Shown here in pieces: positions 32,122 to 44,408 of a DNA stretch of 62,000 bases. Within the stretch, counting starts at the first letter, position 1; each line of letters starts with the position of its first letter. The notes below the pieces were generated by a model that had not been told where the DNA came from, did no database searches, and worked only from the letters and a program-made list of their open reading frames with translations. The DNA comes from Malacoraja senta (taxonomy: Eukaryota). A program made the position numbers and the translations under genes. The stretch lies in assembly GCA_038087875.1 (NCBI GenBank), contig CM075992.1, forward strand, positions 1 through 62,000. The letters are read 5' to 3'.

Positions 32122-33859
32122 TTACCCACATTTATTTTCACAATCTCTTTACCTCTCTAACACACTGTTGTTTTAAGATGTCCTTTTAAGATGGAGATGT
32201 CAAACCCAGGGAGTGTCTGTTCACTTTCCAATCTGTGCGAAAAGACGAGACGTTAGGTGACCCGTAGAATGCTGCCGAAAGTAAGCGGTACATTGTCTTA
32301 GAATACATGGGATCATGTGTTAATCTATTATCTTTCTGAATTTCTTGCTTTTTTTCCTATTTTCAAGATTGAAATAGTTCAAAACTCAAACAGACAATTT
32401 GCTCCAAGGGATGAATGCTGCACAATGTATCTCTGACTTCCCACCTCCTCCACTTGTCTTCTCCAGTCAGTATCTTCTCACATATTTATCAGGTTTCAGG
32501 TCAAGTCGAGCTTATTGTCAGATGCACGTGCAGAGAGGCACAGGTACAATGAGAATCGTGCTTGAAGCAGTATCACAGACACACAGACAACACAGAAAAT
32601 TATGACCTATACACAGTTTATGAACAGTGAAAAAAAATGGGTAAAAAGAACAACGATACAAAATGCTGGAGTTGTGGCGCCTTCATGCCCACGTTGGTTT
32701 TTGCAAACAGCCTATCACCGCTGGCGACTCACCAGCAGCCTCACGAGAAGGTCCAGCCATAAGAGCTCAATAACTCCAAGGTCAGACGCACTAATTGGCC
32801 TTATCTACACATGGGTTATGATGGGTGAGAATGTAGGTTAAAGGGGCTTCTGGAATACATGTGACACAAGGTGTCTGGCTCAGCTAAGTGTTATTTGTTC
32901 TTAGCTTTCTGTCATTGGATTCAGTAGGTCCTGCAGAGTACCTCAGAGGGCCAGGCGGCATCTCTGGAGAAAAGTGTCAAGTGAAAAGGTGATGTCAAGA
33001 CCCTCCTTCAGATATTAGAGATTAGATGAATATATTAGTGTAAAAATGCAAATCCATGATGGTATGACAGGTGGTCTGTTGTGTTCCACTGCTGTGATAA
33101 GATTCCGATTGTGTAGGCTGGTTTAAGATCGTGATGGCTGTAGGCATATAACTGTTCCTGAACCTGGTGTTCTGTACCTCCTACCCGATGGTGGCAGCAA
33201 GAAGATGGCATTACCTAACAATAGTAACTGTCCTTAAATCACCTCATTTTCTGCAGCACTGAAAGGTGGTAATAAAACAGAAATTCACTCCCAAACAGTT
33301 GTGTCCACTACTCCCAGAAGTTCCATATTCTCACATGCTCTGTGTTAAATGTTGCTCCTGAATTTTCAGCAGATTTCTTTGTGCTCCATGTACAGGCACT
33401 TGACTGCTGTGTTCCCATTTTGTTATTTATGCCCTATGTTCTGCTTCTTTTACCTGAATCCTTTCTAATTTGAGCTATTGTAAAGGCATGTGATTGCATT
33501 CTTCTCAACAGGATCATTTGGTCCTCAGCTGCCCTGTTCTCGAAAGAGCTCTCAATGATTGACAACAAACTGCCCAGCCCTCTTTCTTGCAAACCACTCC
33601 ATATTACTGCATCCTCGACTTTTCGAAGAAACTGACGCTTCAGCCTTGCAGCACATTGTTCCTAATCCCACCATCGTGTCTGACCCATTTCTTCTCGCCT
33701 GTCTCTCCAACACTTTGCTGTGTTGTGTAGGACTACGCATTTCAGAATACAGTATCATCGTTTCCTTAAAAAAGCAATATTATTATTGTTAGATATTGTG
33801 GTCTATTTTCATTATTTTCCTTAGCCTCTTGATATTCTGATTGTTTATACAATATAACA

Positions 33860-34390
33860 CTTGTCAACCATGCTCCCATTTCAAAGCTGCCAAATCAGCC
33901 CTTGTCCATCTCAATGCCTGTATATCCTATCCCTCAGAATACTCTCGAGTAGCTTTCCAACTGCAGGTGTTAAGCTCACCAGCCTGTAGTTCCCAGCCTT
34001 TTCCCTGCAGCCCTTCCAGAATAGAGGCACAACATTTGCCACTCTCCAGTCTTCTGGCACCTGTATTTAATGATGACTTGCAAATCTCAACCAGGGCTCC
34101 TGCAATTTTCTCTCTAGCTTCCCACAGTGTCCTTGGATATATCTGATCAGGCCTGGGAGATTTGTCTATCCTCATACACATTGTGACCTTCTGCACCTCC
34201 TCGACCTTAATACTGACTGCTCTCGGTACACATCCAGAGACTGTTGCAAGTTCCTCAGTCCTCTTGTCTTTCTCCATGATTAAAACAGAGGAGAAATACT
34301 TATTGAGGGCCGTGCCCGTCCACTGTGGCTCTACGCAGAATTGACCACTTTGATACCTGAGCGGTCCCACTCTCAGTCTGGTTACCCATA
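33860..34390 (-). mobile_element. Old CR1 ORF2 fragment
   Basis: GPLRYQSGQ..LNKYFSSV..DKSPRPDQIYPRTLWEAREKIAGAL. Confidence 0.85.
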
Positions 34391-36559
34391 AAATCTCTTG
34401 GATTATGCCATAACTCAGCTCATGATTATCAAATGATTTGCCTGTGAACAGGGAAAATTAGGGAGGGCAATAAATGCCAATGATATGCACACCCCAAAAT
34501 ATCTTCCTCATATCACCCTTCCATTCATATCACTGAGTGAAAATCCTGAAACACGCTTCCGAACACTCGTCACCACAAGGACTGCGACAATCTGTAGCAG
34601 CACTGCAGTAATTCAAGGAGACTGGAAAGCTTGGAAATCATTGCCCGTAGACACAGCTCAGCTGGCTCCTCATTTGGTATTCCTTGGTGCAATGTAATTT
34701 AAGCTTCTGAATCTTTGCTATGCACTTCACGTTGGATCCAGCATGAAAATACTTACAGAATTAAACAGGTAGTGCAACCTTTGCAGGGGTAAGTCAAGCA
34801 TGGAAAATGAGCACTCCCTCAGCGCTCAGGGAAAGCAGCAATTTTTTGATATGGATATTTTGCTCCATCTCATGCTCTGGTACAATTGGCTTGGAGGGGA
34901 CTTGTCCCCTCAGATACTGAGGGGACAAGTCAGGGCCTTTTTAGTTCCACTTTATGAGTGTTTCACACAGTCGTAATGTAATTAACCTACCATACATATG
35001 TATTTGGTGTGTGGGAGCAAACTGGAGCACCTGGAGAAAACCCATGCAGGGAGAGCTTCTGATTTCACCTAAGATCAGGATTGAACCTAGTCTCTGGATC
35101 TATGAAGGGCAGAAACTCTAACATCCACAACATTGTGGCACCCCACTAAGGATAAGGTGTTTGACCTTCTAAACCCGCCCTATCCTTATATGTCTGAAAG
35201 TTGTAATTTTTTCCATTCTATAGCATCCTCTGGCTGCTTGTTCCAGATACGGACTGCCCACGGAGTGAACAAATATTCCTTGATATCCTCTTAAATCTCT
35301 CTCCTCTCATCAAAGAGTGTGTGCCCTCTAGTTGTCGAATCCTCTACTCTGGGGGGGGGGGGGGGTGGAAACTGTGAGTGTTCACTTGATCCATGTGAAC
35401 TCTTGATCTTGTACACCTCAATAAGGTCATCCCTCAGCCTCCTAGGCTCCAAAGAAAAAAGTCCCACCTATCCAACCTCTTCCTATAACATAAGCCCACA
35501 AGCTCAGGTAATACCCTGGTGAATCTTAATGATCAGAACCGCACACAGTATTCCGAGTGTGGTCTCACCAGTAACATACAGCTGCAACATTCAACAGGGT
35601 ATTGAATTTGGAAGATCAGCCTTGATTATATTGAATGATGGAGCATGATCCAAGATCCAAGAGACTTTTTCCTCCTATTTCTATGTTCATATTTTCGATC
35701 CAAGTTATTATTATGCTGAAATTGACCCTAATTCTCATTGGTCACAATAAAATATAATCTACTGTGATGAGCAACAGAACAGGAGAATGCATAAAGGAGA
35801 ATGCAGTAGAATCCATGTAGTCTTGGACAAAATTGGCTGCAGCTTCCTGCATTACAGCCACTCAAGGTACAAGGTGCGTGGGGATAGAGAGAGGCACGGC
35901 TGAGAAGCTGCTTCATGAACTGGACCTGCCAAGAAGGGTGGGGGAAGGAGCGAAATAAATACATGGTGATGTTTCAATTTCCAACAACATTTGCATTGCG
36001 CCTACTTCCTCCCAACCGGTAGTGTCATTCCAGAAGCTCAGTATCCCTGCATTCTGCATGGACCAAGACCATGCAGTCTTGTTATGCATGCAAGACCCTG
36101 TCCCACTGAGTTACTCCAGCATTTTGTATCTATCTTGGACCAAGACCACGTCTGACCCAACGTTGCCACTGCAAGGTCTTCTCTGGGGTCGGGAGTAATT
36201 CACTTGAGCGGCTTGTAATTTAGCTGTTTTCTATTAGCCAGCTGTTTGTTTCTCAGCCACAGCTCCTTATCTCCAGTTCTGCAGGCCAGTGTTGGCTGAG
36301 CAAGCCAGGATTAACTGTCAGCACTGTGATACTATCTGTAAATTGCTTTTCTGTGCAATGCCCTAATGTAATGGGACTGTTTTCTTGTGCTATTAATTAT
36401 GCATCAATACAAAATGCCTGTCTTTTCCACAATGCTTTCAGAAAATTAAAATTCTTTAAGACATAAAACTGTTTACTCTCATTTCTAAATAAATATCCTT
36501 TTCCTCCCCATCATGGATTTTTAAAAATCATTAACATTTTAGCTCCCTGTTTGTCTTGT

Positions 36560-36810
36560 GTGGAGTGGGGTATCATCTGCACTCTCTCCCTGGCCAACAT
36601 CCCCAGAATTGTGGGCTGAATTCTAGACAGGCTGCTCTGGTGGGAAAGCCATCTTGCTTGCATGCCCAACACCAGATCCCACAAAAACAGCCAAACAGAT
36701 TCACTAACACGTTCAAAGCCTCTTTGATAAACTGCACCATCCTTGAACCTCTGCCCCACAGTGGCTTAAACCTGAGATACAGCATTCAGGATGGCATGAA
36801 GACCCTAGCC
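36560..36810 (+). mobile_element. Old RTE-like 3' fragment
   Basis: QKQPNRFTNTFKASLINCTI...YSIQDG resembles the RTE C-terminus (KRFKDTLKASL). Confidence 0.45.
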
Positions 36811-37018
36811 CATTTATTGGGTCGACACGGAGGTACAGCATTAAATCACTTCTCATACTTCCCCATCGACAACACTATTAACATCTGCTCCACCTGCAGC
36901 AGAATATGGATCCCAGAGTGGCTTATTCAGCCATGGAGTAATGCTACACAGAAAGGCGCCCTTCAACCCATCAAGTCTGTGCTGACCACCTACCCTGAGT
37001 GGCATACATGGACCCACA

Positions 37019-38226
37019 CAGGGCCGGATTTACGTATAAGCTAGACAAGCTTAAGCTTAGGGCCTCGAGATCTAGGGGGGGCCTACTCACCTTGCTGCCT
37101 CACCGGACCCGTCGAACCTCACCGACCATCCGCCCACCGGGACCTCCTACTCTTTGCCCGCTGACCCTGGCCACTCCACCGCCCTCCAGCAGCCCGCAGC
37201 CGTCGCCTTACCTGCAGCCTGGACTCAGCACTGGGCCTGAAGTTTCCACGCTGCAGACTCCAACTCCCCTGGGTTTGACTGCGCTGAGTCCTAGTGCTAG
37301 GCCCCCCAACCTTGGTAATCTCAGTGGCTGATCCACTGGGTCTTCCTCACTCCCCTCAAACCATGTGACCCCAGCTCTTCCCCACCCACACTATAGTCCT
37401 CATACCCCCCTACCACCTGACCACCCCTCCAGCAGACATCGCCTTGGCCTCAGTCCACTCACCTGCCTTCCTCCGGCCCCAACCCCCATCCCTGCCGTGT
37501 GTTCACCATCCCCCCTGACCTCCCCCTCTCAGATACCGAACGGTCTGTCCTCAGCAGAGGCCTCACCTTTGTCCCCCTCCGTCCCCACCTCAATGAGTTC
37601 CGCGCCCGCCGTGATTTGGAACTTTTCTTCCGTCGCCTCCACCTCACATCGTTCTTCCATGGGAAGGAGTCCTCGCCCCCATTGATGATCCCTTTTCCCG
37701 TCTCCAACGGACCCCCTCCTCTTGGACCCCCCCTCATGGCCATTGGTACAATGAAATTTGGGGGTCACCATGTGACGTCGGAACGGGAGAACATTCTCAG
37801 CAGCTTGGACTTCCGAATCGGCCACTTCCTACTGGAGAACGCGGCTCCCGAAGTCCACAGGCTGAGCTGGGCGGAGATCCACGCTGGCGGCCCTCGGCAA
37901 AGGGTTCCCAGGGCTCCACGATATTAAAATCAGCGTGGCCCGAGGCTGGAAGCTCCGCAAACCACAGCTCCATGATGTTGAAGCAGCAGGCCCAACACTC
38001 CAGAGCTTCAAACGGTGATCCAGGTAAGGCATCACCCGCTCCGCAGTGAATCCAATATGTATTTTAAAACCAACTGTTTAATGACAACATACAGTAGGAT
38101 CTAAAAGTGTCACACTGTCACTGTCGGGTAGTCATGGTCCTCTAGTCGTGGGGGTGGGGGATTGGGAGGGGCGGGGCCTCACAAGTGAAATAGCTTAGGG
38201 CCTCTCTTCATCTAAATCCGGCCCTG
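37019..38226. mobile_element. Non-autonomous hAT-type element (1208 bp) carrying a Penelope ORF fragment
   Basis: TIR CAGGGCCGGATTTA / TAAATCCGGCCCTG. 8-bp TSD GACCCACA at 37011-37018 and 38227-38234. Subterminal GCTTAGGGCCTC near both ends. Inserted in a V-SINE tail. Confidence 0.9.
37490..37745 (+). pseudogene. Penelope-like ORF N-terminal fragment
   Basis: FTIPPDLPLSDTERSVLSRGLTFVP...DLELFFRRLHL matches the LS..E..VLSKGL.F.P motif upstream of the PLE RT. Confidence 0.75.
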
Positions 38227-38770
38227 GACCCACACTAACCTACCTAAATCCATTTTTTATTATCCCCACATCCCCATCAACTCTCATCCAGATTATACTG
38301 CTCATTTGCACATTTGGGGCACCTTCCAGCAACAATAAACCTCCCAGCACATCTTTGGGATATGGGAAGAAACCCATGCAGTCACAGGGTAAAACGTGCA
38401 AACTCCACATAGACTGCAATGGAGGTCAAGATCAAACCCTGGATGCTGAAGCAGTGCAATCATTCTAGCTCCTCCCGATTTCCTCTAAAATTTAAGAAGA
38501 AAAAGAATCTTGATGAAACCCGACAGAGCACAGTATCATAGCGGCCATGTTATCATAGCGGCCATGTTAATGGGCAACCCGACAGAGCACAGTATCATAG
38601 CGGCCATGTTAATGGGCGATATGGGATACATTCATGCCACAGTAACAGGGGAATTTAAATTCTGCTAATTAAATAAAGCCACAAAATGTTGTGTCAGTAA
38701 TGTCCGTGTAATAATTGAATTGTACAAATGGCAACTGATTTATGCTTCCAATTTTATTGAGTCTGGTGAC

Positions 38771-39520
38771 TCAAATTCAAATTCAAATTCAAAGCACTTT
38801 ATTCATCCCCAAGGGGCAATTTAAAAGGGCGCATTACAGTAGTTTTTTAAAAAAAGAAAGGGACACAAACAACGTAACGAAGAGACAAACATTCAAAGCT
38901 ACTCTCTGCACCGACCGGTCGACCGCACGAGCAGTGACCCGGCAAGGATTGGGTTATCAGCAGCGATACAATAATAAAGAACACACAAAATGTAACACAA
39001 ACATCCACCACAGCATTCATCACTGTGGTGGAAGGCACAAAAATTTGGCCAGTCCTCCTCCATTTCCCCCCGTGGACAGGACCAGAGTCCAAAGTCAGTC
39101 CAGGATCGGCTCTTCCTCACCGGAGACCGCGGCTTTAGATTGTTGTAGGCCGCAGGCCGGCGGTCAAGATTTAAAGTCCCCGCCGCAGCCAGAAGCACCG
39201 TAGATTGCAGGGCCGGCGGTCGAAGCTCCCCTCCAGGGGTGATGGTAAGTCCATGCCGGCCCCGCGGTAGGTTGGCCGCGGGCCGGCAGTGATGGCTTCT
39301 TCTTTCCCCGGGTCCCCCACGAGGGATGCCGGGCTGTAGACGCCGCACCAGCTGGAGCTCTGCAGACCGCGGCTTCAGGCTGCCGGCTGCCCCGGGCCAG
39401 CGAAACGGAGCGCTCCCCTCCAGCGAGCCCCAGCGAGGGTTCACCCGCTCCACGCCGAGAGTCCATGCTGCGCCCGCCGCTGAAGCCCCGGGCACGTCTC
39501 CGGGAAAGGCCCCAGCCCCA
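38771..39520 (-). mobile_element. Non-coding retroposon with an L2/Rex-type 3' end and a CpG-rich body
   Basis: Minus strand ends ATTGCCCCTTGGGGATGAATAAAG..(TTTGAA)n. GC/CpG-rich at 39090-39520. Confidence 0.6.
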
Positions 39521-41743
39521 TAGACAATGAATTTCCTCCCAATATAACCTATCAGCCACTGCCTTCTCACAATGCCAGCTCACCCCTAACAACACAAAGA
39601 AAATTAAGGAATGACCAATTCTACAAACAAATGAACTCATGTTGGACAAATGCGGTAGAGGTTGTGAGGTCAAATATCACAATGGAAATTAATGAATTAA
39701 TTTAAGCTATTTTGTTTTAAAAAATAGACCTGATGCACTAATTCCCTTTAGTGAGGTGACCTGCTGTGGTCACCTTGCTACCACATGTCCCTTCAGCCCA
39801 ATCTTAGTTGATGTTTGATGCTGTTAGGTTAATTAAGGATGGATGCAATATTGACAATAATGATTGCTTTCGCCTTGGTTAAGTGTGTTCCTGGAGATGT
39901 AGCCACTCTCAAAGACCAGCCATAGGTCATGTAGAAACCATCTCCCACCCCAGGCCCTAGTTGAGTAACATCAGTACATTCATTACAGAGTTGGTCTACG
40001 AGGAGCACTCCTGCTCATGAGTCAGAATCTGGTTCAACAGTTCCCATGGGAGAAAGATCAAAGCTTTGGGTCACAGAGAAAGATGATTGGTACCAGAACC
40101 AATGCCTGGAAAAACTTTAAAATCCGGTGTGTGGTTTAGAACATACAACCTGGGAGGTGGTGAGGAGACAGGTGAGTCAATCTACAGAGTAATATTCACA
40201 TGGAACATACAGCACAAGAACAGGCCCTTCTGTCCATTATATCTGTGCGGAACATGATGATATAACCATCACATCTACCTGTAAATATGGACCCATTGCC
40301 TGCATCCCCATATGCCTATCAAAAAATCTTTTAAATGCCACTAATGTATCTGCTTCAACAACCACGCCTGACAGTGCATTCCAGACACTCACCACCTTTT
40401 CACCACACATCTCTTAAACATTGATCCTCTCACCCTAAAGCTATACCCTCTAGTATTTGAGTTTTCCATCCTGGGAAAAAGATTCTGTTTGTCTACCCTC
40501 TCATAATTTTACATACTTTTCTCTGGTCTCCGTGTAACCTCCGTTGTTCCAGAGAGAACAATCCAAGTCTGTGCAAACTTTCTCTGCAGCTAATACCCCC
40601 TCAATCAGGCAGCATCATGGTAAATCTCCTCTGCACCCTCTCCAAAGCCTCCACCTTCCTCGTGTAATGTGGGCGACTGCAATACTCCAAATGCAGCCTA
40701 ATAGAGTCATGGAGTCAGTCCTACAGTGTGGAAATGCCGTAAAGGGTCATGACATTAGTTGTACATTTTCCCCTTACATTTGACCTCCCAAAGAACAACA
40801 CCACACACATGCTCAAACAACACTCCATCTGTATACTTTGGCAGCCTTCATCATAGCCTGTGATCCTAGCAATCTTAGTATCATCTGCAAACTTACTAAC
40901 CAACCCATCTACATTTACATCCAAGTCATTCTTTTTATCTCATACATTCTTTTTATCTTTTTATCTCATATTGTGTTTCCACCATGACCCTCTGACAATA
41001 GACAATAGACGATAGACAATAGGTGCAGGAGTAAGCCATTCGGCCCTTCGAGCCAGCACCGCCATTCAATGTGATCATGGCTGATCATCCCCAATCGGTA
41101 CCCCATTCCTGCCTTCTCCCCATATCCCCTGACTCCGCTATTTTTAAGAGCCCTATCTAGCTCTCTCTTGAAAGCATCCAGAGAACCTGCCACCATCGCC
41201 CTCCGAGGCAGAGAATTCCACAGACTCACCACTCTCTGTGAGAAAAAGTGTTTCCTCATCTCAATTCTAAATGGCTTACTCCTTATTCTTAAACTGTGGC
41301 CCCTGGTTCTGGACTCCCCCAACATCGGGAACATGTTTCCTGCCTCTAGGGTGTCCAAGCCCTTAACAATCTTATATGTTTCAATGAGATACCCTCTCAT
41401 CCTTCTAAACTCCAGAGTGTACAAGCCCAGCTGCTCCATTCTCTCAGCATATGACTGTCCCGCCATCCCGGGAATTAACCTTGTAAACCTACACTGCACT
41501 CCCTCAATAGCAAGAATGTCCTTCCTCAAATTAGGGGACCAAACTGCACACAATACTCCAGCTGTGGTCTCACTAGGGCTCTGTACAACTGCAGAAGGAC
41601 CTCTTTGCTCCTATATTCGATTCCTCTTGTTATAAAGGCCAATATGCCATTCACTTTCTTCACTGCCTGCTGTACCTGCATGCTTACTTTCATAGCCTGA
41701 TGTACAAGGACCCCCAGATCCCGTTGTACTTCCCCTTTTCCCA

Positions 41744-41840
41744 TTGGTCTGAAGAAGGGTTTCGGCCCGAAACGTTACCTATTTCCTTCGCTCCATAGAT
41801 GCTGCTGCACCCGCTGAGTTTCTCCAGCATTTTTGTGTAC
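41744..41840 (+). mobile_element. 97-bp Penelope-derived mini-insertion with a minimal hammerhead motif
   Basis: 15-bp TSD CTTCCCCTTTTCCCA (41729-41743, 41841-41855). Identical to the reverse complement of ~6256-6351. Confidence 0.9.
41746..41779 (+). ncRNA. Putative minimal type-I hammerhead ribozyme
   Basis: GGU/ACC stem I, CUGAAGA core, stem II GGGU-UUCG-GCCC, GAAA, palindromic ACGU stem III, UH site. Confidence 0.65.
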
Positions 41841-43279
41841 CTTCCCCTTTTCCCAACTTGACGCCATTTAGATAGTAATCTGCCTTCCTGTTTTTGTTAC
41901 CAAAGTGGATAACCTCACATTTATCCGCATTAAACTTCATCTGCCATGCATCTGCCCACTCCCCCAACCTGTCCAAGTCACCCTGCATATTCATAGCATC
42001 CTCCTCACAGTTCACACTGCCACCCAGCTTTGTGTCATCTATCTGTAAGCCAGTTCTGAATCCATACAACCAAGTCACTATTAATTGCAATCATCTTAAT
42101 CTTCTGGATCAGCTTATCATGGGGGACATTATAAAATACCGTACTAATATCCAGATTGAAAAGGAGCTGGGCAAATCTGAAATAAAATAATTTTAAAGTT
42201 CATGTTAAAGGTGGGAGAATAGCATTTACTGGATTGCAATTACATGCAGTCAGTACCTGCTCAAAGGGCTGAACAGCCTTCTTCCTTGCTATGACATTTG
42301 AGACTGATACTCATGTCCAATGCTGAGGTGATGCTCCATTGTCTAAAGGGCCAGGTTTTGTCTGACATTGGAATGAAGCATGTTAGCTCTCACAGGTTGT
42401 CTGTCCATTTCCTCAACAGATGCTGCCTGACTTGCTGAGTTCCTCCAGCACTTTGTGCTTTACTCAATATCCCAGCATCTGCAATCTCTTGTTTCCATCT
42501 TGATGCAAAACTCAGTCAATTGTTGGTTCATGCCAACTATTCCCATCTCACCTATGCAATTCAGCTCGTGGTCTATGTTTGGACCAAGGATGTAATAAGA
42601 TATTGTCCTGATCAAACCCAAACTTGGCATCAGTGAGCAGGTTATTGGTGAATTAATACAACACAATAGTTATGTTGAAAACATCGTCCTTCATGCCGCT
42701 GCTAGTGCAGCAGAATGATGGGATGGATGAGCATTAGCTGGATACGATTTGCCCAAATTGGGCAATTTCCCACAAAGTTTGGTAGGTGTCAGTGTTGTAA
42801 CAGACACAGGCAGCTCGGCTACAGGCCAAGTAACAGTGGTCGATATCACTGCTGTCTGAGGGAGCTAGCTATGACAAATTGGTTGCTGCATTTTCTATTA
42901 TAACGGTGACTACATATCAAAAGGATTAAGTTGGCTGCATGGCCGATGTCCCGAAGCTTTGCAGGTAATTTACATTTCCTGTCTATTAACTAATTGCCTT
43001 TAAAAAAATGATGGTAGCCTTTCAAGGAGAGACAGACCAAATGGTAATGGTTCTCCTGTGCTCAGTTAGACCCAGAAGTGATGAACACGGTGGATACAAG
43101 GATATGCAGATGCTGGTTTACAAAAAAAGAAACAAAGTGGTGCAGAAACTTAACAGGTCAGGCAGCATCTCTGAAGGATATGGATAGGTGACGTTTCAGG
43201 TCGGGACCCTTGTTCAGACAGGGGGGGGAGAAAGCTGGAGGAGAGGTGGGAGTGGGGCAAAGCCTGGCAAGTAATAGGT

Positions 43280-44408
43280 TGAAGGTAGACAAAAGTGGTG
43301 GAGAAATCAACGGGTGCAGCAGCATCTATGGAGCTAAGGAAATAGGGAACGTTTCGGGCCGAAACTCTTCTTCAGACAGATGTAGGGTGGGGGGGGGAGG
43401 GGGGTGCGGGGAGAAGAAATGAAAAAGGAAGAGGAGGAGCCCGAGGGCTGAGGGAGAGCTGAGAAGGGGAGGAGACAGCAAGGGCTACTGGAAATTGGAG
43501 AATTCAATGTTTATGCCGCTAGGGTGCAGACTGCCCAAGCGGAATATGAGGTGCTGCTCCTCCAATTTCCGGTGGTCCTCACTCTGGCCATGGAGGAGGC
43601 CCAGGACAGAAAGGTCAGATTTGGAATGGGAGGGGGAGTTGAAGTGCTGAGCCACCGGGAGATCAGGTTGGTTAATGCGGACCGAGCGGAGGTGTTCGGC
43701 GAAACGATCGCCAAGCCTAAGCTTGGTCTCACCGATGTAGGTCAGCTGACATCTAGAGCAGCGGATGCAATAGATGAGGTTGGAGGAGGTGCAGGTGAAC
43801 CTCTGTCGCACCTGGAACGACTGCTTGGGTCCTTGAATGGAGTCGAGGGGGGAGGTAAAACGACAAGTGTAGCATCTCTTGCGGTTGCAAGGGAAAGTGT
43901 CCGGGGAGGGGATGGAAGGGATGGAAGGGAAGAATTGACCAGGGAGTTTCGGAGGGAGCGGTCTTTGCGGAAAGCAGACAGGGGGGGAGATGGGATGATG
44001 TGGCGAGTGGTGGGGTCACGTTGGATGTGGCGAAAATGACGGAGGACTATTTGTTGTATGTGACGGCTAGTGGGGTGAAAGGTGAGGACTAGGGGGACTC
44101 TGCCCTTGTTACGAGTGGGGGGATGGGGAGAGAGAGCAGTGTTGCGGGGTATTGAAGAGACCCTGGTGCGAGCCTCATCTATAGTGGAGGAGGGGAACCC
44201 CCGTTCCCTGAAGAATGAGGACATTTCCGATGCCCTGGTGTGGAACACCTCATCCTGGGAGCAGATGCGGCGTAGACCGAGGAATTGGGAGTAGGGGATG
44301 GAGTCCTTACAGGAAGCAGGGTGGGAGGAAGAGTAGTCTAGATAGCCATGGGAGTCAGTGGGTTTATAGTGAATGTCAGTCAGAAGTCTATCACCTGCGA
44401 TGGAGTAA
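43280..44408 (-). mobile_element. Penelope-like element: RT C-terminus, GIY-YIG endonuclease and hammerhead terminus
   Basis: TDIHYKPTDSHGYLDYSSSHP..KDSIPYSQFLGLRRICS; FTCTSSNLIYCIRCSRCQLTYIGET..RFAEH. Minus-strand CTGAAGAAGAGTTTCGGCCCGAAACGTT at 43348-43376. Confidence 0.92.

Larger units (their letters stand above)
40200..42160 (-). mobile_element. Older CR1 with a younger CR1 3' half (~40993-42040) nested inside
   Basis: Old part: VSKFADDTKI. Young part: DDTKLGGSVNCEED through the C-terminus and a (CTATTGT)n tail. Confidence 0.88.

Noticed and set aside
38742..39673. 153-223-aa ORFs
   Set aside because: Low-complexity frames in a GC-rich retroposon body; no recognisable domain.
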